A stretch of DNA of 64,000 nt from Neoconidiobolus thromboides FSU 785 (GCA_025603075.1 MU626269.1:1-64000); one strand, 5' to 3'. Counted from the first letter of the stretch, positions 14,649-30,252 are shown. Notes: generated by a model from the sequence alone, not told the origin. Made by a program: numbers and translations.

Positions 14649-15220
14649 TATATAAAATGTTATTGTTATAAATAAAATAAAAAATTTAATTGAAAGTTAT
14701 ATTTTATTTTTCTCTAACAATATACTTTTTTATGTACTACTTTTAATAATTAGTAAATAAAGAAATCATTAGCTTAAAAAAGAGCACGTTTAGATAGTAT
14801 GTGGCATTACTTTTCAAAGAATAGTAGGCTCTTAAAATAATTCAATGAAAACGCTGTAAAGTAAAACAATGGTTATTGTAATTGGTTCTATCTTTTGAGT
14901 TTGATTATTTTTTTAGTTTAAAATGTAATTTGAAAACAAAAAATTTTACAATTAACCTTATATATTATTCTTATTCAACTAAACACTATTTTAAAAAACT
15001 ATGCAACTTTCAAAGTTGAAATTTTGGGATTTTAGTCCAATTTTGAAATAATCAAAGCAACCAATCATGCCATTTTATTTGGAGCATACTATTTTTCAAA
15101 AGTATTCCACATACTATAAGTTTTAAAAAAAATACTAATGAAAAAAGCTTAGTCACACTATACTTTAATCAAAATTTTAGAAAATCAAAAAACTATCTTT
15201 TTATTTAAACAATTGATTTA

Positions 15221-15914
15221 ATGGTAGAGTATAGTAAAAATTCAAAACTAAAAATAAGCCAAAATAAAGATAAACTATATGATGGAGAGGAATATGCAAA
15301 TATAGAAATAAAAAGAACCAAAGAAAAAAAGGATACACAAGCGTTAAATATTAGTGTTAATAAGCATAGCTTGTATGACGAGGAGGAAATCAAAGTCTTA
15401 GAAACTAAGAAGCAAAAAGAGCTTGACAAAATAGAAAAAATAATATGCAAAGTATGCAATATACTAGTTGAAAAAGACTACTATACAAAACATATAGTAG
15501 GTATTGCTCATAATTTGAAAATGGAATCTATCAAGGCTCCAAAGAATTTATTTATTAGGGCGGTGAGTTTCATTGTTATTTTTTTGAAATCATTTATTTA
15601 TTTCTTCTAGAATAATATAGGTTATAAACTATTAAAAAAGAATGGTTGGAAGTATGATAAAGGATTAGGTGCAAACGAACAAGGGATAAGAGAGCCTATT
15701 AAACCAAAGATTAAAAAAGACAGATTAGGAATTGGAGCTGGCAAAAGTAAAAATGAAGTGTTAAAACCAAAGGTAAATCATAGTCATTCGTAAATAATAT
15801 AAGATTGTAACCATTAACGAATAGATTAACCGGTTAACTCAAAGGGAAGTAGTCAAAGCTGAGGAAATGGAAAGAATGAAAAGAATTAGAATATTAAATT
15901 ATCTAAATAATTAA
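15221..15914 (+). CDS. G-patch domain protein (GPANK1-like) with a zinc-finger-like CxxC...H...H
   Basis: CKVC...HIVGIAH followed by a spliced G-patch NNIGYKLLKKNGWKYDKGLGANEQGIREPI and C-terminus RIRILNYLNN*. Confidence 0.75.
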
Positions 15915-15958
15915 AAAGAATCAAAGCTAGTTGATGCTAAGTCTACTTAATTTTATTT

Positions 15959-16869
15959 TTAAAATTCCAAAGTCTGCTTTTTAAGTAAAGCTTTCATCCC
16001 AGGCGCAATTCTAGGTTCTCCTTGGGCATCTTTAACATAGCGAAAAGGCATAATTGTGGATTCACTATAAGTAGGTCAACATGCTAATAAAATGGGTAAT
16101 TATAATAATTAGTTTACTTTTTGTTAAATTTAATCTCTGGATTATCTGCAAATTGAATATCATTAAACTTGATTTTATCTTCCAATATCAGTTTTGTGGT
16201 CAAAACAGCATGATCCGTAGTCATCTGTTCTTTCCCAAGGTTACGAGCTAGTAATAGAGTATTATTGAATTAGTTCTAATAAAATTAATAATCTAAATTA
16301 CATTTGAAGCCTAATTTTCTTAATTCTATAGTACGATCCCTATATAAAGTTAATTCAAAAATACGATTAGCTGTTAATTATTTTTTACTTACTTTACAAT
16401 GCAATCTATTGCTTCAGTATCTTCATCACCTAATCAACTATTAGATTATTTTGATATTATTTTGACTTGACTTCTTTACCCAAAATGCCACCAAATAAAA
16501 CGTAGTCAAACTCACTAACATCCTCTGGTGCTAACACTTTATCGGATTCTTGATCCAACAAACAAATCTAATAAATCAAAGTTAATTCTATAAATATACT
16601 AAATCATCTCGAAAATACCCTATCAAATGGTAAACCAAGATCTAAAATATCTTTTTGGGAACATAACTCCTTTGATACATTCTCAGGCATATCTTTGATA
16701 TGTTCTTGTGGTACCTTTGTAAACAGTAAGTTATCTTTACCTACAACTTGACTCATATGCGAATATTCTAGTTGGCACCTTAGGTTTTCGTTAGTTGATT
16801 TTCATAGGGAATTAACATTGTTTACCATTCGTAGACCTCCTCTTCCATATGCTCAACAATGTATTTCAT
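15959..16869 (-). CDS. SFM1: SPOUT-family protein arginine methyltransferase Sfm1, multi-exon
   Basis: MKYIVEHMEEE, LEYSHM, ICLLD, FDYVLFGGILGD, RNLGKEQMTTDHAV and MPFRYV follow yeast Sfm1 order. Confidence 0.88.
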
Positions 16870-17146
16870 TTTGACTTTGATTGGAAAAAAAATAAAGAAA
16901 AGATAAAAAAATAAAAATCAATAAAAATCAATAAAAATACAAAATATAGGATAAAAGAATATAAAGAATCATATACTTTGCTACTTTAGTAAGTAAAATC
17001 CCATACTTTTTAACTTATCATTTTAATAATATGAATAAGACAAAATCACCCAAATTTAAAATTTAATTTAAAACCAACAATTAAATAATTCATCTATTAC
17101 ATTTTATTTTATCCTTAAACAAGTAATCCCCACTATCATTAATCCT

Positions 17147-17533
17147 TTAAATAACCTTGGGAGCTAATGAAAGTACTTTAAGCCATTGTTTTTGACGCAA
17201 TTCATTAGCGACTAAACCTAATACACGGGTACCAAGGGGCTGTTGAGAAGCATTAAGTAAAACACAAGCATTATCATCAAAACGGATATATCTACCATCA
17301 GCTCTACGAATTTCTTTCTTACATCTAACAATTACTGCTCTTTTAACATCTCCTTTTTTAACTTTAGCAATACTATTCCCTCTTTCTGTATTAATTGGTT
17401 TAGCTTTCTTAACAGCTACTACAATCTCATCACCGACGCTAGCTACTTTCCCATTGCGCAATACTTTGATACATTCGACAAAGATAGCCCCTGAATTGTC
17501 TATAACGTTGAGGATACTTTTTAGTTGGATCAT
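17147..17533 (-). CDS. MRPL38: Mitochondrial ribosomal protein uL14m
   Basis: [48 protein letters not shown]; single exon. Confidence 0.95.
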   Translation of the reverse strand: MIQLKSILNVIDNSGAIFVECIKVLRNGKVASVGDEIVVAVKKAKPINTERGNSIAKVKKGDVKRAVIVRCKKEIRRADGRYIRFDDNACVLLNASQQPLGTRVLGLVANELRQKQWLKVLSLAPKVI

Positions 17534-17703
17534 TTTTTATTTTTGTTTTAAAAGTTAAAAACTAGCTAGAAGATTTGAAAATTAAAAGCTTCGAGAGTTT
17601 TTTTTTAACCAATCATTTGCAAGTTAAAAGCTGATATATTTTTAAAAGTCAAAATAAATGTAGATAAAAGTAGTCTATATTAAACAATAAAAATTAATCA
17701 AAT

Positions 17704-20093
<2,390 letters not shown>

Positions 20094-20375
20094 TTTTGAA
20101 TTACTTTCTCTAGTTTACTACTTGTGACAAGTATAGTATAGCTGTCAATATTAAGAAAAAAGTTTGTTTTGAAAAATTGAGTTTTTTATCATTTCTGATT
20201 GGAAGTTTCTAGAATTTATGGATAAATTTTGACTCCTTTTTATAATTGATCGTTATCTGATCAGGGTTAATTAGTCTAGTTGATATTATTTAACTATTTT
20301 TATTTAAATTAAATGTAATATAATAATAAAAAGCAAAAAAGATTGATATGTGAAATTATATTCCGCTTGCTTTAT

Positions 20376-21412
20376 TTAATTGGATTTTTTGTCTTTTAAA
20401 TTGCCCATTCTTTTACGATCATTAATATAAAAGTGAACAAAAAGAGAAAGCATAGAGATCATGTATAGTAATAATAGGCATGATAGGAAATGAGGATAAC
20501 CGCCATTATTCAAATGTTTTTCTGGCCGGAAGAAATAATAATCCAAAATATTAAATGATGCTTGAATAAAATTTAAAGAAAATTGAAGGATCTGAGCTAT
20601 AGTTATATACTTCTTAATAAAGCTCACAAAACTTAATTTCAACGCAGAACCAAGATAATAGGAATACATTAAGATATGTATAAAGGTGTTTAAAATGGTG
20701 GAAAAATAAGTATCCCCATTAGGACCAAATAAAGTAACTAACCACATTACTATGAATATTGAGGTGTGATGATACACATGTAAGAATGAAACTTGGCGAT
20801 AATTCTTTTTTAATAACATAATAATGGTATCATTAAATTCAAATATTTTAGAAAAATAAAATAGCCACACTATTTTGGTCATCTAAATAATGTTATAAAT
20901 ATGAGTATAATTATATAAAATAGTAATCTTACGGGTATGCCAGTAGGTGTAATATCGATAGGGTTACCGAATAGAGTATAGTTATCATGTATAGTCTGTA
21001 GACTTGTAGCAATAAAAATATAAGCTGAAATTACAATCATAAAGGAATTATGAACCATTGAAATTAATCTTAAGTTATATTTTTTAATCGTATCATTATT
21101 ATATAGTAAATAAACTATAGTCAAATAAATTGATAGTATTATAAATACTTCTGTCAACTTCATCAGAGGCAATGATTCGCTATTAGAGATACTCCTAGTC
21201 TTTATTAAGCTTTCTAACTTTTCAATGAGATTTTTACTATTCTTATTGATCACATTTTCAATCGCATGGGTATAAGGACTGAAATAAAAACTCAATTTTT
21301 CAGTGAACTTTAATATTATATCTACTGGTAAATCGTAATATGCTGCTTTTACATTGTATTGCTTACAAACCGAGTTTAATTTATCTATATTCATTGTGAT
21401 AACTATTAGCAT
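20376..21412 (-). CDS. Second ELO-family fatty acid elongase (divergent paralogue), 2 exons
   Basis: SKIFEFNDT, QVSFLHVYHH, NTFIHILMYSYY. The intron (20883-20932) is at the same GIP/M position as in the first elongase. The start may be the ATG at 21394. Confidence 0.92.
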
Positions 21413-21712
21413 TAAAATCGATTGTGTATTTTATTTATACTTTGAGTTTACCCTTAATCGTTATCCCTTCTTTTAAGAGCCAATCAAATCGGTTACTACT
21501 AATCCCTTTATTTACCCTTTTTTATCTGTTTGAAGTATTATATTAAGCTAGTAATTACTATTGACAATACCAATATATCATAACATTTACATAAATAATA
21601 AAGAAATTACAAAGACAATTTTAAATTAATAAATAATTTTTTATTATTACATAGAACTTAACTCCGGACTATTATTAAACCTCAAAAACTCAATTTCATT
21701 AAACTCGATTAT

Positions 21713-22234
21713 TTAAACCATAAAAGAAACAGTCCATGAGAACCAATTTAAAGCAGACAATGTGGTAAGAATAAAAGGTACATTGAGTGCACAGATAGTT
21801 GATAATTGATTAGGTTCAAGAGGAGCAACTGGGTAGTTAATGAACCAGATAATGGAAGCAACCATCCAAATAATAGCAAATAATAAACTGAAGCATTCTT
21901 GTAAGCCTGGAATGGAAGTCAAAGTTGTCCAACAGTTTGGAATGGCTTTGTAGATAGTATCACTATCTGAGACCATCAAAGAGAATAAAAAGGTCAACAA
22001 GGAAATAAACTGATTTGTACGTTGTAGTAAACCAACGGGTTGATTCGCGTATATAGGATGTTGTAAAATGTAATAACCGTAAAATATAAAGTAAGCACCA
22101 GATAATAAACATTGGCTCAATTTATTACAGTCTTGGAAATCGATATTATGTACAGTTTGTTTGGTTTGGGTGGCATTGCTATTGTTATTTACAGTAGTAG
22201 TACTGGTAGTATTATTTAAAGTCGTAGAACTCAT
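21713..22234 (-). CDS. Uncharacterised four-helix membrane protein, possibly MARVEL-like
   Basis: 173-aa single-exon ORF with ATG and GC above background. It has a Thr/Asn-rich N-tail and four hydrophobic segments; helices 3 and 4 (ECFSLLFAIIWMVAS, LSALNWFSWTVS) resemble MARVEL patterns. Confidence 0.7.
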   Translation of the reverse strand: MSSTTLNNTTSTTTVNNNSNATQTKQTVHNIDFQDCNKLSQCLLSGAYFIFYGYYILQHPIYANQPVGLLQRTNQFISLLTFLFSLMVSDSDTIYKAIPNCWTTLTSIPGLQECFSLLFAIIWMVASIIWFINYPVAPLEPNQLSTICALNVPFILTTLSALNWFSWTVSFMV

Positions 22235-23757
22235 ATTAAAACTAAAATTGAATTAAAAAATAAGAAGCAATTATTATTTTATAAAAATTATAATTATTTT
22301 AATTTTATAACCGGTATTTTTATACTTTGATTTTATTGATTTCTTGCTATACCTAAAATAACTTTATGGGGTACCTTTAAGCCTTTACATTATGCACCCC
22401 TAATTTGGTGCAATAAAGAAGGTAGAAATTACTTTATTTTCTCCACTTTAACCAATCAAATTAGTTATCCCCCATTCAGCTAGATGGGATTAAATCTAAC
22501 AATCTAAGGCATGAAACCTACAATTGTAAGTCACAACGCTTTTTCAGCAACTTTGAAATTGACCCCTTCTTTTGCATTTTCTTTTTACTATGCTTCTTGA
22601 TTTATTTTTAATTGAATTATGTCCAATTAAATGCTCATTACATGGTAAAGATGTGATTAAAATCAAAAGTTTTACTTTAATACATTATTGCTTTTAAAAA
22701 TTACAGTTTTTATGCACTATGAAATAATAGTTTTCAATATTACTTTATCTATTTAATTTTTAAAAAGTTAAATAACAATAGATTTAAATGGCGCTGAGAC
22801 AATATAATATAAAAGTTGGCTATTAAATGACTGTTTTAAAAAATAATTACGTAGTTCAGACAATGATCAGGATAAATAATAACTTTTACAATCTTTTTAT
22901 TAGTTCATGTATTAAATTTATTTAATAATTACTTGTTAAATAGTATAATTTTAAATAAGGTGATAATAGTTGTAAATTTTGACATTTAAAATACAAAAGG
23001 CTGTTCATAAGCAAAATTACGTAGTTCCTATAGGAATCAATATACAAATTTACTTTTATTAGCTTCAGTTAATTCATTCTATTAAATTTATATAATAATT
23101 ACATATTAAATAGCATAGTTGTATCTTATTAAAGTAATCTAATTAAATCCAAAGCTTAATACTCACAATTATTGTTGATATAATGGTATTTAAATCACAA
23201 ACCTTTTTATATAAATTAGATCCGCCTGAGTTTTATCATTGCATTTTAATTGTATTTGTTCATAGAGATTATAACTAATTGAATAAATGTCAGCAACTTT
23301 TTATTAACTTCATGTCTTTTAAATAAAACTTTAGTTTTGAAAATATCTTTTAACATTTATATTGATTTAAAATGTGAAGTTAAATTTAAAAAATAATCAC
23401 TGCTTTAGGAAATCTTTTTAACTACACAGACTAAAAGATCTGAGGCTAAAAATCCACTATTAGGAGCGTTAGTTAAGTTCTTGAAAGCAAGCTAATTTTC
23501 CAGCTATAAATATTAAATTTTAATATCAACTATTGCTAAATATAGCCCATATTTATTCTTAATTTAGAACAAACAATATAATTTAAGAATTTATACCTTT
23601 AGTTAATCAATTATTCACTATATTAGTACTCAAACATGATCATTAAAGTAACTTTTAACAAATAATCAGTCTAAAATAATAGCAATTTATTAGCTTTACC
23701 TTCATTTTATCTACAATCAAAAGAAAGTATGAGACAGACATTATTAGGTGAAGAAAT

Positions 23758-23860
23758 AGTAGAAATGTTTTTTTTAGTTTCATCACTTTTTCCATTTTTT
23801 AAGCCTATTTGAGTAGAAAAATTGTTAGTAAAATTGTTAAGCAAAAAAATGCATCCCGTA
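23758..23860 (-). mobile_element. ATAT-MITE copy 6
   Basis: Reverse-orientation body; termini eroded. Confidence 0.8.
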
Positions 23861-24136
23861 ATGTTACATTATTTTATCTTTCATGCTGCCTTTAATTTCT
23901 ACATTTAAAAGACTCTATAATGAATTTGAAACTTTATTACTGTTAAAAAAAACAACTACAACTAATAGAAAATTCATAGCCTTTCTTGTCTCATAACGTT
24001 TACTAATTCGAAATTCATGGCTATTACCCCCGATGGTTATATTAGTTTGTAGAATTCTCTAAATTTAGATTTGAAAAATGTAGAGTATAAATAACAAAGA
24101 TTTAAGCCTTACACTTTTTAAATTTTAAATTTTATC

Positions 24137-24745
24137 ATGTCAGATCCAAACACCCAAAGGTTAAACAGAGTTCAAAATGCGGTAGAAATGATCCGCATTA
24201 TGTCCAGCTATACAGATATCGTGTTACCCGAGGTAGGCAATTCAACCTATTAGTTCATTTTAATATTATTAAAGTATTTTGAAACCATAGAAGCTGACAA
24301 AGGTAGAATAGTACAAGAGTTTATTGTCGAAAAAAGGCATTTGGTACATGCTTAAATTCTATCCCATTATATTTTCTAATTTTTTAAAGAACGGCGATCT
24401 TAGCATCCATGGAGGATTCTTGGCTTATCTAGTGGATGTATGTGGTACCTATGCAATTTTGACTTTGCCAAAAGATAATGTTGGTGTTTCAGTGGATATC
24501 AATATAAGTTATTTGGCTGGTGCTAAAGTAGGCGAAAAAATTAGAGTTGTATGTAAAATAAGTTATTTAATGAAGATTACTAATAAACATAATAGGAATC
24601 AAGAGTGGATAAAATTGGACGCAGTTTGGCCTTTACATCAGTAGAGTTATCCAAGGTAAACAAAGATAACAAAAAAGTGATAGTTGCTTTGGGAAGGCAT
24701 ACCAAATTTTTGAAAGGAAATACTAAAATTCCAAGTAAATTGTAA
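24137..24745 (+). CDS. Hot-dog thioesterase paralogue T4, 4 exons, C-terminus SKL
   Basis: NGDLSIHGGFLAYLVD, GVSVDINISYLAGAKVGEKIRV, ALGRHTKFLKGNTKIPSKL*. Confidence 0.92.
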
Positions 24746-25335
24746 TAGAAGTTAGAGTATTATAGAAATTGTAATGTTATGAGTAATAAAAAAGAGCTAA
24801 ATGTTGAACTTTACATTCAAGTATAATTGAACAGTCTACAAATTTTCATTCTGCCCTTTTTAAGGTACATGCTAAATATAACTTTTTTATTGAAAAATTA
24901 TAATTTTGATATGAAATTTTATTAATTTAAATAACTCTGAAGAACTACTGTGTGTTTAAATATAATAATCATCAAAAAACCAGATTTCTATTTCAGCTTC
25001 ATGGTCTAAATTTTATAGAGCTATTACCCTTTATATTACTTTTCTAAAGTTGCAACTTAATTCAAAATTGGCTAATTTCTGACAATATACCAAATACAGA
25101 GAATTTTGCATTAGGCATTTAAAACAACTTACTCTTGAAACAAAACTACAGACAAATAGCTAATGATATTTAAAGGTTTACCTTTTTCCAATATGTCTTT
25201 ATCAGAAAGTACCACCTGTTTTATTAAAGATCAAGGTCGGATTCTTAAAAATCAAAACTATTAATATATTTTTACAAAGACCTAAAAAAAAAAAGGATTT
25301 TGTTTTTACTATTTTTAATTGATTCATCATAAATA

Positions 25336-25440
25336 CATGGGGATGTATTTTTGTATTTAAGAGTTTTACTAACAATTTTTCCACTCAAATAGTGCTTAAA
25401 AGATAGAAAAAGTAATGAAGCCAAAAAAACATCTCTGTAT
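25336..25440 (+). mobile_element. ATAT-MITE copy 7
   Basis: GGGGATGTATTTTTG start; consensus body. Confidence 0.88.
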
Positions 25441-25647
25441 TCTTAATATTCTTGACACTAGTTGTGGAATTTTTGGTTTTTTAGACCTAATGTCCAGCAC
25501 ACGCTGTTATCTTGAATATTTTAACCAAAAGTTCAATTCTGAAGCCCTGTATTACGAGTGAGCGTAAGTTAAATCTTTAAAAACTATATAACATACTCTC
25601 TTATATATTTGAAGTTGAATTTAAATTTAGCTGTTGTCAAAAATAGG

Positions 25648-25753
25648 ATATGGGGATGTATTTTTGTGTTTAAGAATTTTATTAACAAATTTTCCGCCCA
25701 AATAGCGCTTAAAAAATGGAAAAATAATGAAGTCAAAAAAAACACTCCCATAT
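25648..25753 (+). mobile_element. ATAT-MITE copy 8
   Basis: ATAT on both flanks. Confidence 0.92.
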
Positions 25754-25903
25754 ATATTATCAATAATTTTGTGCTTTTGATATCATACAGCAAGTGGTTA
25801 ACTATCAATGTATCTTTATAGCTAGTCTATTGTTTACTATACAAATAATCAAATTTTATACATAAGGCGAATAAATGAATAGTTTGATTCTTGGTTGATT
25901 GTT

Positions 25904-26014
25904 ATATGGGGATAGGCTATATTTTTTTGCCTAATAATTTTATTAACAATTTTTCCACTCGAATAGTGCTTAAAAAATGGAAAAAGTTATGAAACCAAAA
26001 AAACAGCCCCATAT
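25904..26014 (+). mobile_element. ATAT-MITE copy 9
   Basis: ATAT on both flanks; short insertion in the left TIR. Confidence 0.9.
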
Positions 26015-26598
26015 GCTCTGGGGGATTTTATACAAAAAATAATTTATTAGTTCTAACACTAAGTAATTTTTTAAAAACGAAAAATCTCTCAATTTAAGAG
26101 GATACTAAACTGTAGTCATATACTCTAGTTCTTCTTAAGTGATTGAAATCTACTAGCATATAGCAACTTATTTAGCAGGCACGATAAATCTAGCCTATTT
26201 TTCAAAAAATTTTATTTACCTCAATAAAATCAAATTTTAAATTTAACTGTTTATAACTAAAATCAAATAAGAATGGAGCGAAATAAACCAAACAAAATGG
26301 AATAACAATATTGTACCATTTTATTCTTGGAGTTGCTTTTTATTTCTGTATTTATAAGGATCTTCAATGAGCTAGAACTTGAACTGCTATTAATGAGCAA
26401 TACTCGTAAAGAAAATAAAAAAGGCCATAGCCTTAATTATTTCATGTGAATATATTATTCACAATTCGAGGCCGTTGGGTCCTATTAAATTATATTATTT
26501 TTGGTAATTCTCTAATGATAAGATAAAGTATAAATGCCAAACTTTAGGGCTTTAACTCTTCAATTCTTTAATTCTCTAATTCTTTGATTACTTTTACT

Positions 26599-27211
26599 AT
26601 GTCGGACTCAGCCGCCCGAAGATTAAACAGACTTCATAAAATGGTAGAATTGACCCGCAAGGTATGCGGCTATACAAGAACTGTGTTACCCGAAGTAAGA
26701 AGTTTTATACACTAGTTCATTTTAATATTATTAAAGTATTTTGAAACCATAGAAGCTAACGAAAGAAGAATAGTACAAGAGTTTATTGTCGAAAAAAGGC
26801 ATTTGGTATGTATTGAAGTTAATGCTCATCGTTATATCTTAACACCTTTTTAAAGAACAACGACTCTAGCATCCATGGAGGATTTCTGGCCTATTTAGTG
26901 GACATGTGTGGCAGCTATGCAATTCTGAATTCACTCAAAGATTACTGTGGGGTTTCAGTGGATATCAATATAAGTTATTTAGCTGGTGCTAAAGTAGGCG
27001 AAAAAATTAGAGTGGTAAGTATAGAAAACCTTTTATTAAAGGCTATTATTAAATACAGTAGGAATCAAGAGTGGATAAAATTGGACGTACTTTGGCCTTT
27101 ACATCAGTGGAATTATTCAAGTTAAATGGGGATAATAAAAAGGTGGTGATTGCTTTGGGAAGGCATACCAAATTTTTGAAAAGAAATACCAAGGCTTTAA
27201 GTAAATTATAG
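26599..27211 (+). CDS. Hot-dog thioesterase paralogue T5, 4 exons, C-terminus SKL
   Basis: NNDSSIHGGFLAYLVD, GVSVDINISYL, ALGRHTKFLKRNTKALSKL*. Confidence 0.92.
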
Positions 27212-27403
27212 TGGATATTAGAATACTATATGGGTTGTAATATATGAAATAAAAGGGAATTTATGCTAGACTGTAAGCTCAAAGGATTATTAGTTATTAT
27301 AAATTATTACATTCTCTTATTTTTCAAACTTACACATCAGATACATATTTATAGTAGGAAAAGTAAAACTTTCAACCAGTTTAGTTGTAGAAATTTGTTT
27401 TAT

Positions 27404-27507
27404 TTGAGGATTTTTTTTTGGCTTCATTACTTTTTCCATCCTTTAAGCATTATCTAAGCGGAAATTTTATTAGTAAAATTCTTAAATATAAAAATACATC
27501 CCCATAT
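27404..27507 (-). mobile_element. ATAT-MITE copy 10
   Basis: Reverse body ending ACATCCCC-ATAT. Confidence 0.88.
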
Positions 27508-28543
27508 TCTATAATATTTCAGCGAAGTTTTTAATTTTTTAGACTTACTATGCAATATATCCCATCTTTTCAAATGTAAAAACTAAAGATTTGAGTTTAA
27601 AATTCTCTATTAAAGATGAGTATAAGTTAATTTACTAGAAATTATTCGAGCTTCCCTGTTATACACATTTCTTTTAAACTCAACCATGCTAAATGTGCTT
27701 CGTATTTTTTAAACTATAAGATAAATAATTCAAGTAGGAATTTATGGTTAGAATTAATTTGTCATCTACTATATAAATCCTTTAAGACTACAACTGAATG
27801 AGCTTTATTAAATGTTTGGTCTGAAATAGCTATAGCAAAGCATTGATTTCATTTCTATTTCATTTCTATTTCATCTTTTATAATCAGAAGTAAAGTACGA
27901 AAAGAACAAAAGTGTAATAAAAGGGACAGTAGTGTACGATATATTTTCGTTTATAATTTACACACTTTCCTAAAAAACGGACATTTTTGAATAAAAATTT
28001 TGCCATATATTTGAAAAAAATTATGCATTTTCTAGTAAACTCAAGGTCAAATTCTTCACATCCATACATGAAAATGCGTGTGTTTTTTCAAGTAAATAAC
28101 AAAATACATATTTGAAAATGTTCATTTTTTTATATGAAAGTGCTTAAACCATTAATGAAAATAGTGTATTTATGAAATAGATAAAAAGAATTACATTCTT
28201 TTGTTTAAAAGGTTTTCCAATGAATCAAAGCTTGTGCAGTTACAAAGGAACATTGGTTATAGCTATTTTCTTAAAATCTTGAGCCCAATAAGGCAAGTGT
28301 CTTTATTATTTATAGATAGATAAGGCCAAAGAAGTTAGGAGGCCAATTATCTAGAGAGTCAATTCCAATATTACTTATAAATTAATAAAAAAATTTATAG
28401 CCTTTTTTGTCTCTTTACAATTACTAATTCAAAATGAGGCTATTGGCTCCGATTAAATTAAATTATATTTTCGACTATTCTTCAACAACAGACTAAGGAT
28501 AAATAGTGAATTTTGGAACTTGCATTCTTTAATTACTTTTACC

Positions 28544-29155
28544 ATGTTAGACTCATCCACCGAAATATTAAGCAAAATCCAAAAAGCGGTAGAAGCTATC
28601 CGCACAATGTGTGGTTATACAAGCATCGTATTACCCAAGGTTAGATAACCAAATACACTAAACAATTTTTAATATTATTAAAGTATTTTGAAACCATAGA
28701 AGCTAAAGAAGGGAGAGTAGTCCAGGAGTTTATTGTTGAAAAAAGACATTTGGTACATGCTTAAATTTAGATCTGTTACATTTTCTGATTTTTTTAAAGA
28801 ACGGCGATCTTAGCATCCATGGAGGATTCTTGGCTTATCTAGTGGATGTATGTGGTACCTATGCAATTTTGACTTTGCCAAAAGATAATGTTGGTGTTTC
28901 AGTGGATATCAATATAAGTTATTTGGCTGGTGCTAAAGTAGGCGAAAAAATTAGAGTTGTATGTAAAATAAGTTATTTAATGAAGATTACTAATAAACAT
29001 AATAGGAATCAAGAGTGGATAAAATTGGACGCAGTTTGGCCTTTACATCAGTAGAGTTATCCAAGGTAAACAAAGATAACAAAAAAGTGATAGTTGCTTT
29101 GGGAAGGCATACCAAATTTTTAAAAGGTAAAGGGGGAGGTGTAAATAAGCTATAA
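28544..29155 (+). CDS. Hot-dog thioesterase paralogue T6, 4 exons, C-terminus NKL
   Basis: Same exon structure as T4; exons 3-4 nearly identical to T4; ends KGKGGGVNKL*. Confidence 0.92.
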
Positions 29156-29819
29156 TGTATCTTAGAGTGTTACAAAGCTTGCAGCATCATTGGATAAAGA
29201 AGTATTGATCCTGAATTGTATGCTTGATGGTAATAAATGACAATGATTATAATTAATAGCATTTAATTCTTTCCTTAAATGTATACGTCAAGTGCAAGTT
29301 TTATTTATAGAAGTTGCTATAACTATAGCCCAACATTTAATTTTTTAGTTGATAATGGCTTGGGGAGCATTGAAGTATTTATTGTGAAAAATTTAGGAAG
29401 TGCTTACTATTCTATTTTACTTTATTGCTTAAATTTTATAAAACTGTGAGCGTGAGTCATATTACTGCTTTCAATAAGTTGCAATGCCATTGTGTAAATA
29501 AAAGCATTTTATTAACATTGTTATGTGTATTTTGCATAAAAATATTTAAAATGATTTCAAGAATGTCAATATTTAAAGAATGACTTATTTTTTAAAAACA
29601 GTTTAGAGTTTTAGAAAGTATACTTAAAGACGAGAAATCCAAATAACTTTTAATGTTTGAAATTTTATTAGCTACTTTATCTAGGTTGTAAGAACTTGTT
29701 ACACTTTGTATCTGCTGTTTATAATTTACTTTTCTGCACTTTGTATTTTTCAATATTATACTTTTTATTGAAACTAGACACCATTAATTTTAAAATTTGA
29801 TAGCTGTTTTATGGAAAAG

Positions 29820-29919
29820 TATGGAGAGATGTTTTTATTTCGTCGCTTTTTCCATTTTTAAACACTATTTAAATGAAAAATTGCCAGTAAAATCCTTAAA
29901 TAAAAAATATAACCTCATA
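29820..29919 (-). mobile_element. ATAT-MITE copy 11 (degenerate)
   Basis: Reverse-orientation partial match. Confidence 0.7.
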
Positions 29920-30252
29920 AAATCTAACAAAAATTATAACAATATTTCAAAAAAATGTTTCAACTTTTAAATTTGATAATAACTTTAAAATCATTTCAAG
30001 TCAATTGTTATTGAGAACTTTAAAATGCTTTAATAGTTTCCAATCGTTAGCTCGAAATAGCAGGTTTTTGAACCTTGTACAACTTTTAGTTGCAATCATA
30101 TTATTATTTCTAAAAGGATATATTCGGCTACATGAGTTCAAGGGTGATATAATAGACTTTCTTAATGACAAGTATTTTTTTGTATACAAAATCCGATATG
30201 TGCCCTCGTTTATTTCATATAGCACAGAACATCTATAAGATTCGGATGCCTA

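Noticed and set aside
15205-15459. 84-aa minus-strand ORF
   Set aside because: It is antisense to the G-patch gene.
25202-25821. Short ORFs of 60-74 aa
   Set aside because: They read through MITE copies 7 and 8 and are not genes.
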